A stretch of 61,150 nt of DNA from Lachnospiraceae bacterium (lineage in GTDB: Bacteria; Bacillota; Clostridia; Lachnospirales; Lachnospiraceae): contig JAFSZZ010000110.1 of assembly GCA_017458765.1 (NCBI GenBank), forward strand, positions 1 to 61,150, read 5' to 3'. The notes under the pieces are model-generated. The model made no database searches and had not been told where the DNA came from. It saw nothing but the letters and a program-made list of their open reading frames with translations. The translations under genes and the position numbers were made by a program. Below are positions 54,113 through 61,150 of the stretch, in pieces; position 1 is the stretch's first letter; each line of letters opens with the position of its first letter.

Positions 54113-55503
54113 AGTTCATCCTCCGAAAGGCCGATATTTCTTGCATAAAACACAGGGGACTTGCCTTCCTTTCTCTGACGTTCATAATCCTTAAGTGTAT
54201 CGATGGCTACCTTGCCAAGAATCATACATGACGGCAGATTGATAAGCGTCATGCCGCCCATGGTTATATCTGCAAGCGCCCAGGCCGCATTCATGGGAAT
54301 GACTGCTCCTATCAGCACAACCATCGAACAGCCTATATAGAAATACCGGGTAAACTGTTTGGATGGGATTTTTTTGTGATTCAGATAAACAAGGGCATTC
54401 TCAACATAATAGAGGTTTCCGAGTAATGTGGTAAACGCAAAAAGTATCATTGACAGAGTAATGAATACAGGCCCTGCCTTGCCGAATACGGTTGATATGG
54501 CGTTCTGCACATAAGGTGCGCCCGATACGGCTTCGCTTCGTTCCACCCCGCTTGAAAGACACATAAGAGCCGTGGCCGTACATAACAGCAGCGTATCGAT
54601 ATATACTGACAGCGTCTGTACCAGCCCCTGCTTCGCAGGATGCGATACCCTGGCCGTGGCGGAAGCATTCGGAGCCGAACCAACGCCTGCTTCATTGGAA
54701 TAAAGGCCGCGCTTAATACCATAAACCATACATGATCCTGCAATACCTCCGAAAATGGACTTAAAATCAAATGCATCGGTAAAGATCATGACGAACATGG
54801 CCGGTACCGATTTTATATTAAAAAGAATTACTATAAGGGAAATGATAACATATGAAATTCCCATAAAAGGAACTATAAGACCTGTAAGACGCACTATGCG
54901 TCGTCCGCCTCCAAGCAGGCAGTATCCTGTAAATGCTGCAAGTATGCAGCCTATGATAACAGGAGTTATATCCGGATTATAGAACGAATATACTTCAAAG
55001 GTTGACTGAAGATTGTAGGAACACAGGAGATTAAATCCCACTGCATAGGTGGCAATGAGAAAGATACAGAAAAGCTTGGAAAGAACCGGTGCATGAAGTG
55101 CCCGCTCGATATAATATGCGGGACCTCCGTATGACCCTCCGTAATAGTTCTTTTTTTTATAAACCTGAGCAAGGGTACTTTCAATGAAGGCAGATGATGC
55201 GCCGATAATACACATGATCCACATCCAGAAACAGGCTCCCGGGCCTCCGAGGCATATGGCTGTTGATACCCCCACTATATTCCCGGTGCCTACGCGGGAT
55301 GCTGTGGAAACCAGCATTGCCTGCAGGGATGAAATATTCTTCTTATCCTCAGCAGGTTCCTTAAGCAGACGTACAGATTCGGCAAACAGACGTATCTGAA
55401 CCCCCTTTGTCAGCACTGTAAAATAAATACCTGCAAGCGCCATAACTATTATAAGTATGGGATAATACATGACGCTGTCGATCTTATCCAATATTTCAAC
55501 CAT
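54097..55503 (-). CDS. Alanine/glycine:cation symporter (AGCS) family
   Basis: GGPGACFWMWI and RGLYSNEAGVGSAPN motifs. Start placed at ATG 55503 (GGGAG RBS). The ORF track start 55614 lies inside a recombinase-gene fragment. Confidence 0.85.
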   Translation of the reverse strand: MVEILDKIDSVMYYPILIIVMALAGIYFTVLTKGVQIRLFAESVRLLKEPAEDKKNISSLQAMLVSTASRVGTGNIVGVSTAICLGGPGACFWMWIMCIIGASSAFIESTLAQVYKKKNYYGGSYGGPAYYIERALHAPVLSKLFCIFLIATYAVGFNLLCSYNLQSTFEVYSFYNPDITPVIIGCILAAFTGYCLLGGGRRIVRLTGLIVPFMGISYVIISLIVILFNIKSVPAMFVMIFTDAFDFKSIFGGIAGSCMVYGIKRGLYSNEAGVGSAPNASATARVSHPAKQGLVQTLSVYIDTLLLCTATALMCLSSGVERSEAVSGAPYVQNAISTVFGKAGPVFITLSMILFAFTTLLGNLYYVENALVYLNHKKIPSKQFTRYFYIGCSMVVLIGAVIPMNAAWALADITMGGMTLINLPSCMILGKVAIDTLKDYERQRKEGKSPVFYARNIGLSEDELDFWK

Positions 55504-55610
55504 TGACTCTGCTCCCTGTATGTCCGGCCTGTTTAATAAGCTCATAATCTCTTCTTTATTATATCTGCCGCTTAAATACAGTTCAAGAGCTTTATCAGGA
55601 TGCCATGATA

Positions 55611-55682
55611 TCACTTGGATTTAATGGATTTCTCATATCGGGAAGCCCTGTCATAGAACGTTGTCCTCGCCATATTGCACAT
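55611..55682 (-). pseudogene. 72-bp fragment of the 3' end of a serine recombinase gene (left copy of the direct repeat)
   Basis: 69/72 identical to 60745-60816. Encodes ...MCNMARTTFYDRASRYEKSIKSK*. Confidence 0.8.
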
Positions 55683-55861
55683 GATTACATATTTACACTA
55701 TAATGTTATTACAATTTTGCTTTCTTATGCATATATTGAAACTGCTCGAGAGTTCCATAAATTGTTAGCAGTGACAGATAAACGGAACCCCATACGTTTA
55801 TCTTAAAGGGTTTATTTTACCTATCTTTGCATAGTATTCATCCAAGCGCTTCATATGTTGT

Positions 55862-56008
55862 TCAGTCTTTATTATCAAAGCCTTTTGATATAAGATATGC
55901 TCCTACATCATCCCAGCCATGTTTATACGAAGGTTTGCCATAGAAAACTTTCAAATCCGCTTCTACCAAATCAAACGAATACTCCCGTAAAAATGTATCA
56001 ACCGGCAT
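55862..56008 (-). pseudogene. vapD: Truncated vapD-like (Cas2-fold endoribonuclease) gene, N-terminal half only
   Basis: The 48-aa ORF MPVDTFLREYSFDLVEADLKVFYGKPSYKHGWDDVGAYLISKGFDNKD* follows the VapD pattern FDL...L.K.YG.P.....DD....L...GF, then stops. It lacks the QGSVY half. Confidence 0.45.
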
Positions 56009-56318
56009 AAGAGCATTCAAACCCCATTTCTCTTTCTACATCTATCATATTACTTCTTAATCCATTATCGTCTGTCTCCCATCTGGTTACATACTTCATA
56101 AACCAAGGCATATCTTCCAATAATGATATTAAAAAGCTTTCATCTCCAAATTTTGATGTAGATAACTCTTGCAGAAGATTTCCATCCTCATCCTTCTTAT
56201 TCGTTTCAACTATATAGCTGTCAATGCTCTTGACTGCAGTTTCCAATTCCTCGTATTTATCACCAAGACCATCCTGAACCATTTTATTTGTATTTATGGA
56301 GAAAAGCATCCTAAACAT
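55998..56318 (-). CDS. Hypothetical protein upstream of and overlapping the vapD-like gene
   Basis: ATG 56318 with a GAGGTGAT RBS. The stop overlaps the vapD-like ATG (ATGCCGGTTGA). No recognisable family. Confidence 0.4.
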   Translation of the reverse strand: MFRMLFSINTNKMVQDGLGDKYEELETAVKSIDSYIVETNKKDEDGNLLQELSTSKFGDESFLISLLEDMPWFMKYVTRWETDDNGLRSNMIDVEREMGFECSYAG

Positions 56319-56489
56319 CTGTATCACCTCTTCTCTATTATCAACCCGATTAACGAACGTCAAAAAATATCCTTCTGATTTAATCATATAATACAATAGT
56401 ATTACGAGTGTTTCAAGCCTGGCAGATATGAGGATCATGTATATTTACAAATAATTGACACACTCACGCTGTAATGATATTATAATAAA

Positions 56490-56582
56490 TGAATGGGCAT
56501 TATCCGTACAGCAACGGTTAGCCCTCAATGTTTTTGGTTAGAATAACCGCCAAGTTTGTCAGGGCTAGGCGGTTATTTTGCG
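56490..56582 (+). ncRNA. Candidate antisense sRNA A (antitoxin-like), convergent with small ORF 56573-56659
   Basis: TTGACA-N17-TATTAT at 56455-56483. Terminator aataaccgcc / ggcggttatt plus TTTT at 56542-56580. No ORF. Confidence 0.45.
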
Positions 56583-56659
56583 TTCTTACCAAGTTTGTAT
56601 CCCACTCCGAACACTGTTAGTAACAATGTCATCAATGCGGCGAATTCTATTATGGTCAT
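56573..56659 (-). CDS. 28-aa hydrophobic peptide (type I toxin-like), MTIIEFAALMTLLLTVFGVGYKLGKNAK
   Basis: ATG with GAAGGGA upstream, a single TM helix and a basic tail. Paralogous to the 57356-57457 peptide. The stop codon lies in the sRNA A terminator. Confidence 0.45.
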   Translation of the reverse strand: MTIIEFAALMTLLLTVFGVGYKLGKNAK

Positions 56660-57355
56660 CTTGCATCAGTCCCTTCTGTCTTATTTCCCCATTTCGATTC
56701 CTCCATATCGGGGGATGAAACCGGTCTACAGTGTCAGAGGGCAACCGCCACCGTTTAGATAATACCCAATCACTATATAAATGTACCAAACATAGGTTTT
56801 GGTGTCAATCATTATTTATACGCAATGCGATATCTGGCAAAACTGCCGTATCTAAACGGATCTCCCTGTATCATTAACCTGTAACTTCATAACTGCAGCA
56901 GGGGGGCTTTTGTAACAGTTTGTGGTACCATCCCACGTATTTTCATGACTTCTACCCTCTTGTTCCCATTAAATCTTATGGTTTACCTCACTATTTCTTG
57001 GAAAGCCGCTTCTCTTTTCTTTTGCCCATGAAATCACACCTTCATACGCCAATGTGTACAACTAACACATTTCTACTAACACCAGCTAATTAACTACACG
57101 GGAAGTTATCCCTCCCGCTTTTCAATTTCTACTATCAACCACAATTATAAATTCCTGATTTACAATCACCCTCTCATCACGTTATTCTATCTTCTGGATG
57201 TCACATTTAGCACGAAAGTGTGGTGGACGGCAGGCTTTCCGGATTTTATGTTCGGAGGTCTTAAGTATTCAATTGTAATAACTATACCTCCGATCTTGGA
57301 ACTGTAGTACTGGAGCTCACGCTCTTAGTCTTCACCCGGAAAGGAGGGAGTCCAT

Positions 57356-57457
57356 ATGTTGACGCTTGAAGGATTAATCGCAGTATTCAGCCTTGTGCTG
57401 ACAGCGTTCGGTCTCGGATACGCCATCGGACGCAACGATAGTAATACACAAGAATAG
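57356..57457 (+). CDS. 33-aa hydrophobic peptide (type I toxin-like), MLTLEGLIAVFSLVLTAFGLGYAIGRNDSNTQE
   Basis: Strong RBS AAGGAGGGAG 6 nt upstream and a single TM helix. Shares E5 and LT.FG.GY..G[KR]N with the 56573-56659 peptide. Confidence 0.55.
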   Translation: MLTLEGLIAVFSLVLTAFGLGYAIGRNDSNTQE

Positions 57458-57546
57458 CCGCCCCGGTGTGCAAAACTTAGGCGGCTATCTCGTATAGTCT
57501 TTATCTAAGGATTGCCTGCCGTTTAGCCGGTGGCATCCTTTTTTCT
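57447..57546 (-). ncRNA. Candidate antisense sRNA B (antitoxin-like), convergent with small ORF 57356-57457
   Basis: Minus strand TTGACA-N18-TATTAT-like box (TAATAT) at 57554-57583. Hairpin atagccgcc / ggcggctat at 57454-57488 followed by TCTTGTGTATT. Confidence 0.4.
57508..57545 (+). terminator. Terminator of the small-ORF B mRNA
   Basis: aggat(t)gcc / ggcatcct stem followed by TTTTTTC. Confidence 0.45.
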
Positions 57547-57727
57547 TGTCTTTATATTAACATCTACCGTAGAGCTTTGTCAAACTGAAAATACGAACTT
57601 GTTGCCAAACACTTGTTAACATTTTTGCAACATTTTCTTTACAATTTCTTAATAGAGTCCTTAATCAATGTGGTCAAATTATGTTCGTGGGGTCAGGTAC
57701 CAAGGTATGTTTCAAAAATGACGGTTA

Positions 57728-59080
57728 TCAGATGAGCCCTACTATCATTATCACAAGCACGAGCACGGGAAGAACAAATTGGAGGAATGGCTTAAGCTTC
57801 GGTGAAAGCTTCATTCCGCTTCCTTCGTTTACTTCCGCAAGATACTTATCAAATCCCCATCCGTTCTTAGAAACGCAGAAAAGAATGTAGATCAGCGAAC
57901 CGATAGGAAGAAGGAGATTGCTCACTATGAAGTCTTCGGAATCAAGAACATCTCTTGCTCCGATGATATGCAGATCCGACCAGATGTTGTATCCAAACAC
58001 ACACGGAAGGCTTGCGACAAGCACAAATATCAGGTTGCAGATAACGCTCTTTTTTCTGCTCCATCCCCAGTTATCAAGCGGCCATGCAACAAGGTTCTCG
58101 AATACGGCCGTTACTGTCGAAAAGCTTGCAAATGACATGAATATAAAAAAGAGAGTTCCCCATATCCTGCCCCCGGGCATGTTGATGAACAGCTCCGGCA
58201 GCGTCATGAATATGAGCGAAGGTCCCTGATCAGACGAAACACCGTAAGCACTGCATGCCGGGAAAATGATCAATCCGGCAAATATAGCCACAAATGTATC
58301 AAGGCATATGATATGGATCGATTCCGATACAATGGTTTTTTCTTTTGACATGTAGCTTCCGAAGATCTCCATTGCGGCTATTCCGAGACTAAGCGTGAAA
58401 AATGCCTGGTTCATCGCGCCTTCTATAAGATTGAACCATCCGACACTCTCCACATTTTCAACGTTCGGAGCAAGATAAAACTTCAATCCCTCTCCACCTC
58501 CGGGAAGCAATATGGAATGAACGGCAAGTACTATTATAAGGACGAGGAGCCCCGCCATCATTATCTTCGTGATCCTCTCAAGTCCGTTCTGCACGCCAAA
58601 GCTTAGTACAACAAATCCAAGTACGACCGTGATGATCATAAATACAGCCATTTCCGCAGGATTACCAAGCATCGCTCCGAACACTTCTCCTGCGCTTCCC
58701 GATTGAGCACCGGAAAACTTGCCGGTAAGGAACTTCCATGCATACGAAAGCATCCAGCCGGAAACAGTCGTGTAATACATCATCAGAAGATAGCATCCGA
58801 TTATGCAGAACCACCCGTGAATGTGCCACTTATGGCCTTCTTTTTCCAGCGCCTTATAACTTAATACCGCACTCTCCCTGCTGGCACGTCCGACAGCCAG
58901 CTCCATCGTCATAACAGGCAGTCCCATAATGACCAGGAACAGCAGATAAAACAGAACAAAGATCGCTCCTCCGTTCTGTCCGGCCATATACGGGAACTTC
59001 CACACGTTACCGATCCCGATGGCACATCCCGCACTTACGAATATAAAGCCAATCCTCGATCCGAATTTCTCTCTTTCCAC
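57728..59080 (-). CDS. Sodium-dependent transporter, NSS/SNF family
   Basis: N-terminal FIFVSAGCAIGIGNVWKFPY motif and 11-12 TM helices. Confidence 0.88.
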   Translation of the reverse strand: MEREKFGSRIGFIFVSAGCAIGIGNVWKFPYMAGQNGGAIFVLFYLLFLVIMGLPVMTMELAVGRASRESAVLSYKALEKEGHKWHIHGWFCIIGCYLLMMYYTTVSGWMLSYAWKFLTGKFSGAQSGSAGEVFGAMLGNPAEMAVFMIITVVLGFVVLSFGVQNGLERITKIMMAGLLVLIIVLAVHSILLPGGGEGLKFYLAPNVENVESVGWFNLIEGAMNQAFFTLSLGIAAMEIFGSYMSKEKTIVSESIHIICLDTFVAIFAGLIIFPACSAYGVSSDQGPSLIFMTLPELFINMPGGRIWGTLFFIFMSFASFSTVTAVFENLVAWPLDNWGWSRKKSVICNLIFVLVASLPCVFGYNIWSDLHIIGARDVLDSEDFIVSNLLLPIGSLIYILFCVSKNGWGFDKYLAEVNEGSGMKLSPKLKPFLQFVLPVLVLVIMIVGLI

Positions 59081-59284
59081 AATATCGTCCTCCTCATGTT
59101 TTGTACTTCCGTAACTATGTAATTATAGTTTATCCTAATCCGTCAAGATATGAGGCTATATTCCTGTAACAAATATTACCGTCTTCAAATTCTTCACCGT
59201 TATACAAGACAACCCTTTTCGTTATCTCTCCATACCTAAACTCTGTTTCCGAACACCTTTTTTCATCAATGTGTTCATGGTGTG

Positions 59285-59300
59285 CTGTTCTGAATAGTTA
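59285..59300. repeat. Solo family-A terminal repeat ctgttctgaatagtta supplying the stop codon of the HTH gene
   Basis: Identical to 14543-14558 and 42605-42620. Confidence 0.75.
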
Positions 59301-59924
59301 CAACAAATCTTCGATATCGCAGTACAGTGCTCTGCTCAGCCTTACTACCACATCGGTACGCGCATGAGCAATATTCTTCTGTCCCTGTTCATACTGCTGT
59401 ATCGTCCTTAAGGGTACACCCGTTTTGTCGGCAAGCTCTTTCTGACTGATACCGGCATATTTTCTCAAACGCTTGAATGTCTGCTGTTTCCTGATATCAC
59501 TGAGTTCATTGATGTAGTCTACAAATTGTGATATATCCATCTCATGATACTTGGGATACATTAAATACAGGTCAGATATAGGGGCTATACTGTTGATATA
59601 CTTGAATGATCTGGTACTTATCCATTGATAATATGAAAGGCTCCATCCAATCCAGTATTCACAGCTCCTTTCAATCGAAAAATCATGATCGTGAAGCGGT
59701 TCACTGCGATATTCACTTATCACAGCGTAAGCCAGCTCATGCCCGGACATTCCGGCAATAACAGAAGATTCTCCTCTCTCAAATCTCGAAGAATAAGGGG
59801 AATCAAGAAACATATCATAGAATCCGGAAAGATCATACCCATAAGAAGAAACGGCCACATCAAACATATGTGCCATTGACGTCTGAGCTTTATACAGCAA
59901 TGTCTCATCATACGAACAGATCAT
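59298..59924 (-). CDS. Two-domain protein: unknown N-terminal domain + C-terminal XRE-family HTH
   Basis: C-terminus LRKYAGISQKELADKTGVPLRTIQQYEQGQKN is a classic HTH_3. 17-nt overlap with the upstream DUF3990 gene. Confidence 0.75.
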   Translation of the reverse strand: MICSYDETLLYKAQTSMAHMFDVAVSSYGYDLSGFYDMFLDSPYSSRFERGESSVIAGMSGHELAYAVISEYRSEPLHDHDFSIERSCEYWIGWSLSYYQWISTRSFKYINSIAPISDLYLMYPKYHEMDISQFVDYINELSDIRKQQTFKRLRKYAGISQKELADKTGVPLRTIQQYEQGQKNIAHARTDVVVRLSRALYCDIEDLL

Positions 59925-60582
59925 CCCGCTTCATCTCCCTGTCAATTATCTGCATCAGATATATCTCGCCTTTGCTCCACGGTTTACGGCGTAGATCTCT
60001 GTACTCCTCTCTGGCCTTAGTATCTCTCATTTCCTTAGATGGATAATACCTGGCAGAATAAGCTCTGTAATAACCCTTAAAGATAATCCTCTCAAAAGCC
60101 CTCTTACTGATCAGCACAACCTGATCTCCGAGATTTCCGAGCAAAAGAGCCTTCTCCAGAGTTCTGATAGAGATCGTATTATTCAGAAAATCCTGTGCAA
60201 ATGAAAAATAAGAGTCGTCTGCACGGTATCCTTTTATCACATCAAAGGATCTGTAATCAAAACTAAAGTTATCCCTTAAATACCTTATTGCCTCACTACC
60301 GAAATCGGACTGTATATCAAAGCGCCTGTTTTCCAGTAGAATCCACAACCAGTCAAGAATACAGTACTCGGAACTGTTAAGATTAAGGATATGAAGGCCA
60401 TCCGTATCGAGCGTATACTCATTGACGTACCCATCATTATCAAGATTCACGGCCCACTCTCCGGCCAGATCAAAATCTTTAGTACAATAAAATCCCGAAC
60501 CGTAATCATTATTTGGCTTTCCTGATCCGAACTTTGGCTTTTCAATTTCCCTTGCGGATCCATGATACAATATCTCATTCAT
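59908..60582 (-). CDS. DUF3990-family protein
   Basis: The N-terminus MNEILYHGS...DYGSGFYCT...AGEWA matches my recollection of the DUF3990 signature. Confidence 0.6.
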   Translation of the reverse strand: MNEILYHGSAREIEKPKFGSGKPNNDYGSGFYCTKDFDLAGEWAVNLDNDGYVNEYTLDTDGLHILNLNSSEYCILDWLWILLENRRFDIQSDFGSEAIRYLRDNFSFDYRSFDVIKGYRADDSYFSFAQDFLNNTISIRTLEKALLLGNLGDQVVLISKRAFERIIFKGYYRAYSARYYPSKEMRDTKAREEYRDLRRKPWSKGEIYLMQIIDREMKRDDLFV

Positions 60583-60588
60583 AAAACC

Positions 60589-60612
60589 ATTGTACTCCCT
60601 CAGGAGTACAAT
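60589..60612. promoter_or_regulatory. Perfect palindrome ATTGTACTCC-ctca-GGAGTACAAT just upstream of the DUF3990 start (operator or RBS-sequestering hairpin)
   Basis: 10-bp arms, 4-bp spacer, ending 7 nt from the ATG. Confidence 0.45.
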
Positions 60613-60659
60613 TGCAAGTCTTTTAGATATATGCCAAATACAATGCCCTGAAAATATAA

Positions 60660-60700
60660 ACCCCGCAGTCCATGGTTCTAATCACCACAGAATGCGGGGT
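60660..60700 (-). terminator. Terminator downstream of the recombinase fragment
   Basis: accccgca / tgcggggt stem followed on the minus strand by TTTATATTTT. Confidence 0.55.
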
Positions 60701-60744
60701 ATTAAATGCAGGATATATGATCCCTTCTTACCCGGGTCCCTGAA

Positions 60745-60955
60745 TCACTTGGATTTCATAGACTTCTCATATCGGGAAGCCCTGTCATAGAACGTTGTCC
60801 TCGCCATATTGCACATATCGGCGGCTTCACTGACAGTCAGTTCTTTTCTCTTATATCTGAGGAATATCTCGTCGAAATTATCCGGCAGATCGACTCCCGG
60901 CCTGCCGAACTGAACACCCTTGGCCATGGCCCTGGAAATTCCCTCCGCCTGCCGG
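60745..60955 (-). pseudogene. C-terminal (HTH) fragment of a serine recombinase/resolvase; the catalytic domain is missing
   Basis: ...GISRAMAKGVQFGRPGVDLPDNFDEIFLRYKRKELTVSEAADMCNMARTTFYDRASRY... Confidence 0.6.
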
Positions 60956-61105
60956 CTACAGGGATATATCGGAATCCTCCATGTCAATATACTTGGTAAC
61001 GGTCTTCCTGTTATATCCGGTGATCCGGGAAATCTCTGTAACGCTGCATATTCCATGGCGGTAATACAGCTCACGGATCTTCTGTTTTTCTTCATTTGAT
61101 AACAT
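60956..61105 (-). pseudogene. N-terminal HTH fragment (49 codons) of an IS21-type IstA transposase, fused out of frame to the resolvase fragment
   Basis: MLSNEEKQKIRELYYRHGICSVTEISRITGYNRKTVTKYIDMEDSDISL* has the typical IstA N-terminus and then stops. Confidence 0.45.
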
Positions 61106-61150
61106 ATGCCCAAACACCCCATGGCGATAATTATGCGCAATATAACAGGC

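Noticed and set aside
56556-56789. ORFs 56556-56762 (+, 68 aa) and 56586-56789 (-, 67 aa) in the AT-rich island
   Set aside because: They have no RBS or start context, and they overlap the better-supported 28-aa ORF, promoter and terminator signals. Interpreted as non-coding leader or antisense RNA.

Overview
This 61.15-kb chromosomal segment looks, from gene content alone, like an anaerobic Firmicute (Clostridia, Lachnospiraceae-like). That assignment is inference; no search was run. There are about 40 real genes. Only a lipoprotein gene and one 3-gene lipid operon sit on the + strand. I saw no rRNA, tRNA or CRISPR array.

Layout, left to right:
- Decayed IS and ATPase debris.
- A MoxR-DUF58-DUF4129 module.
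- hydC-hydB-hydA, a bifurcating-type [FeFe] hydrogenase.
- An amidase.
- A YhhQ/VUT transporter with a candidate preQ1-I leader.
- A sulfur block: cysK, a LysR regulator and metY.
- An orphan cbiL.
- A giant MscS channel translationally coupled to a CDF transporter.
- A FliB-like protein.
- An amino-acid permease fused to GGDEF-REC-GGDEF-EAL.
- A nitrogen-assimilation supercluster: purF, an amt-PII fusion, type III glutamine synthetase, gltD, gltB, asnB and two amino-acid symporters.
- An AT-rich ~5-kb island at the right end, bounded by 72-bp direct repeats.

gltD and gltB are split by a 10.4-kb wedge. The wedge holds a 7TMR-DISM hybrid kinase, a GAF-fused ABC ATPase, a 1269-aa FtsX permease with a ~490-aa coiled-coil insert, and a divergent acyltransferase/PAP2/E2-like operon.

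Most interesting signals:
1. glnN, gltD and asnB each carry the same module: a consensus promoter with a 16-nt spacer, 7 nt, GTWAGC, then a hairpin plus U-tract that competes with an AAGC-hexaloop-GCUU hairpin. This looks like an undescribed nitrogen-regulon attenuator or operator.
2. The island contains two diverged, divergently oriented copies of a type I toxin-antitoxin-like module. Each has a small hydrophobic peptide, a convergent 3'-overlapping sRNA and nested 5'-3' mRNA pairing.
3. Seven tandem Shine-Dalgarno-like 13-mers lie between two symporter genes.
4. A triplicated ACACGC-N23-GCGTGT unit lies upstream of asnB.
5. Several MITE/REP-like palindromic repeat families occupy the intergenic regions.

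All functional assignments rest on motifs I recognise by eye.
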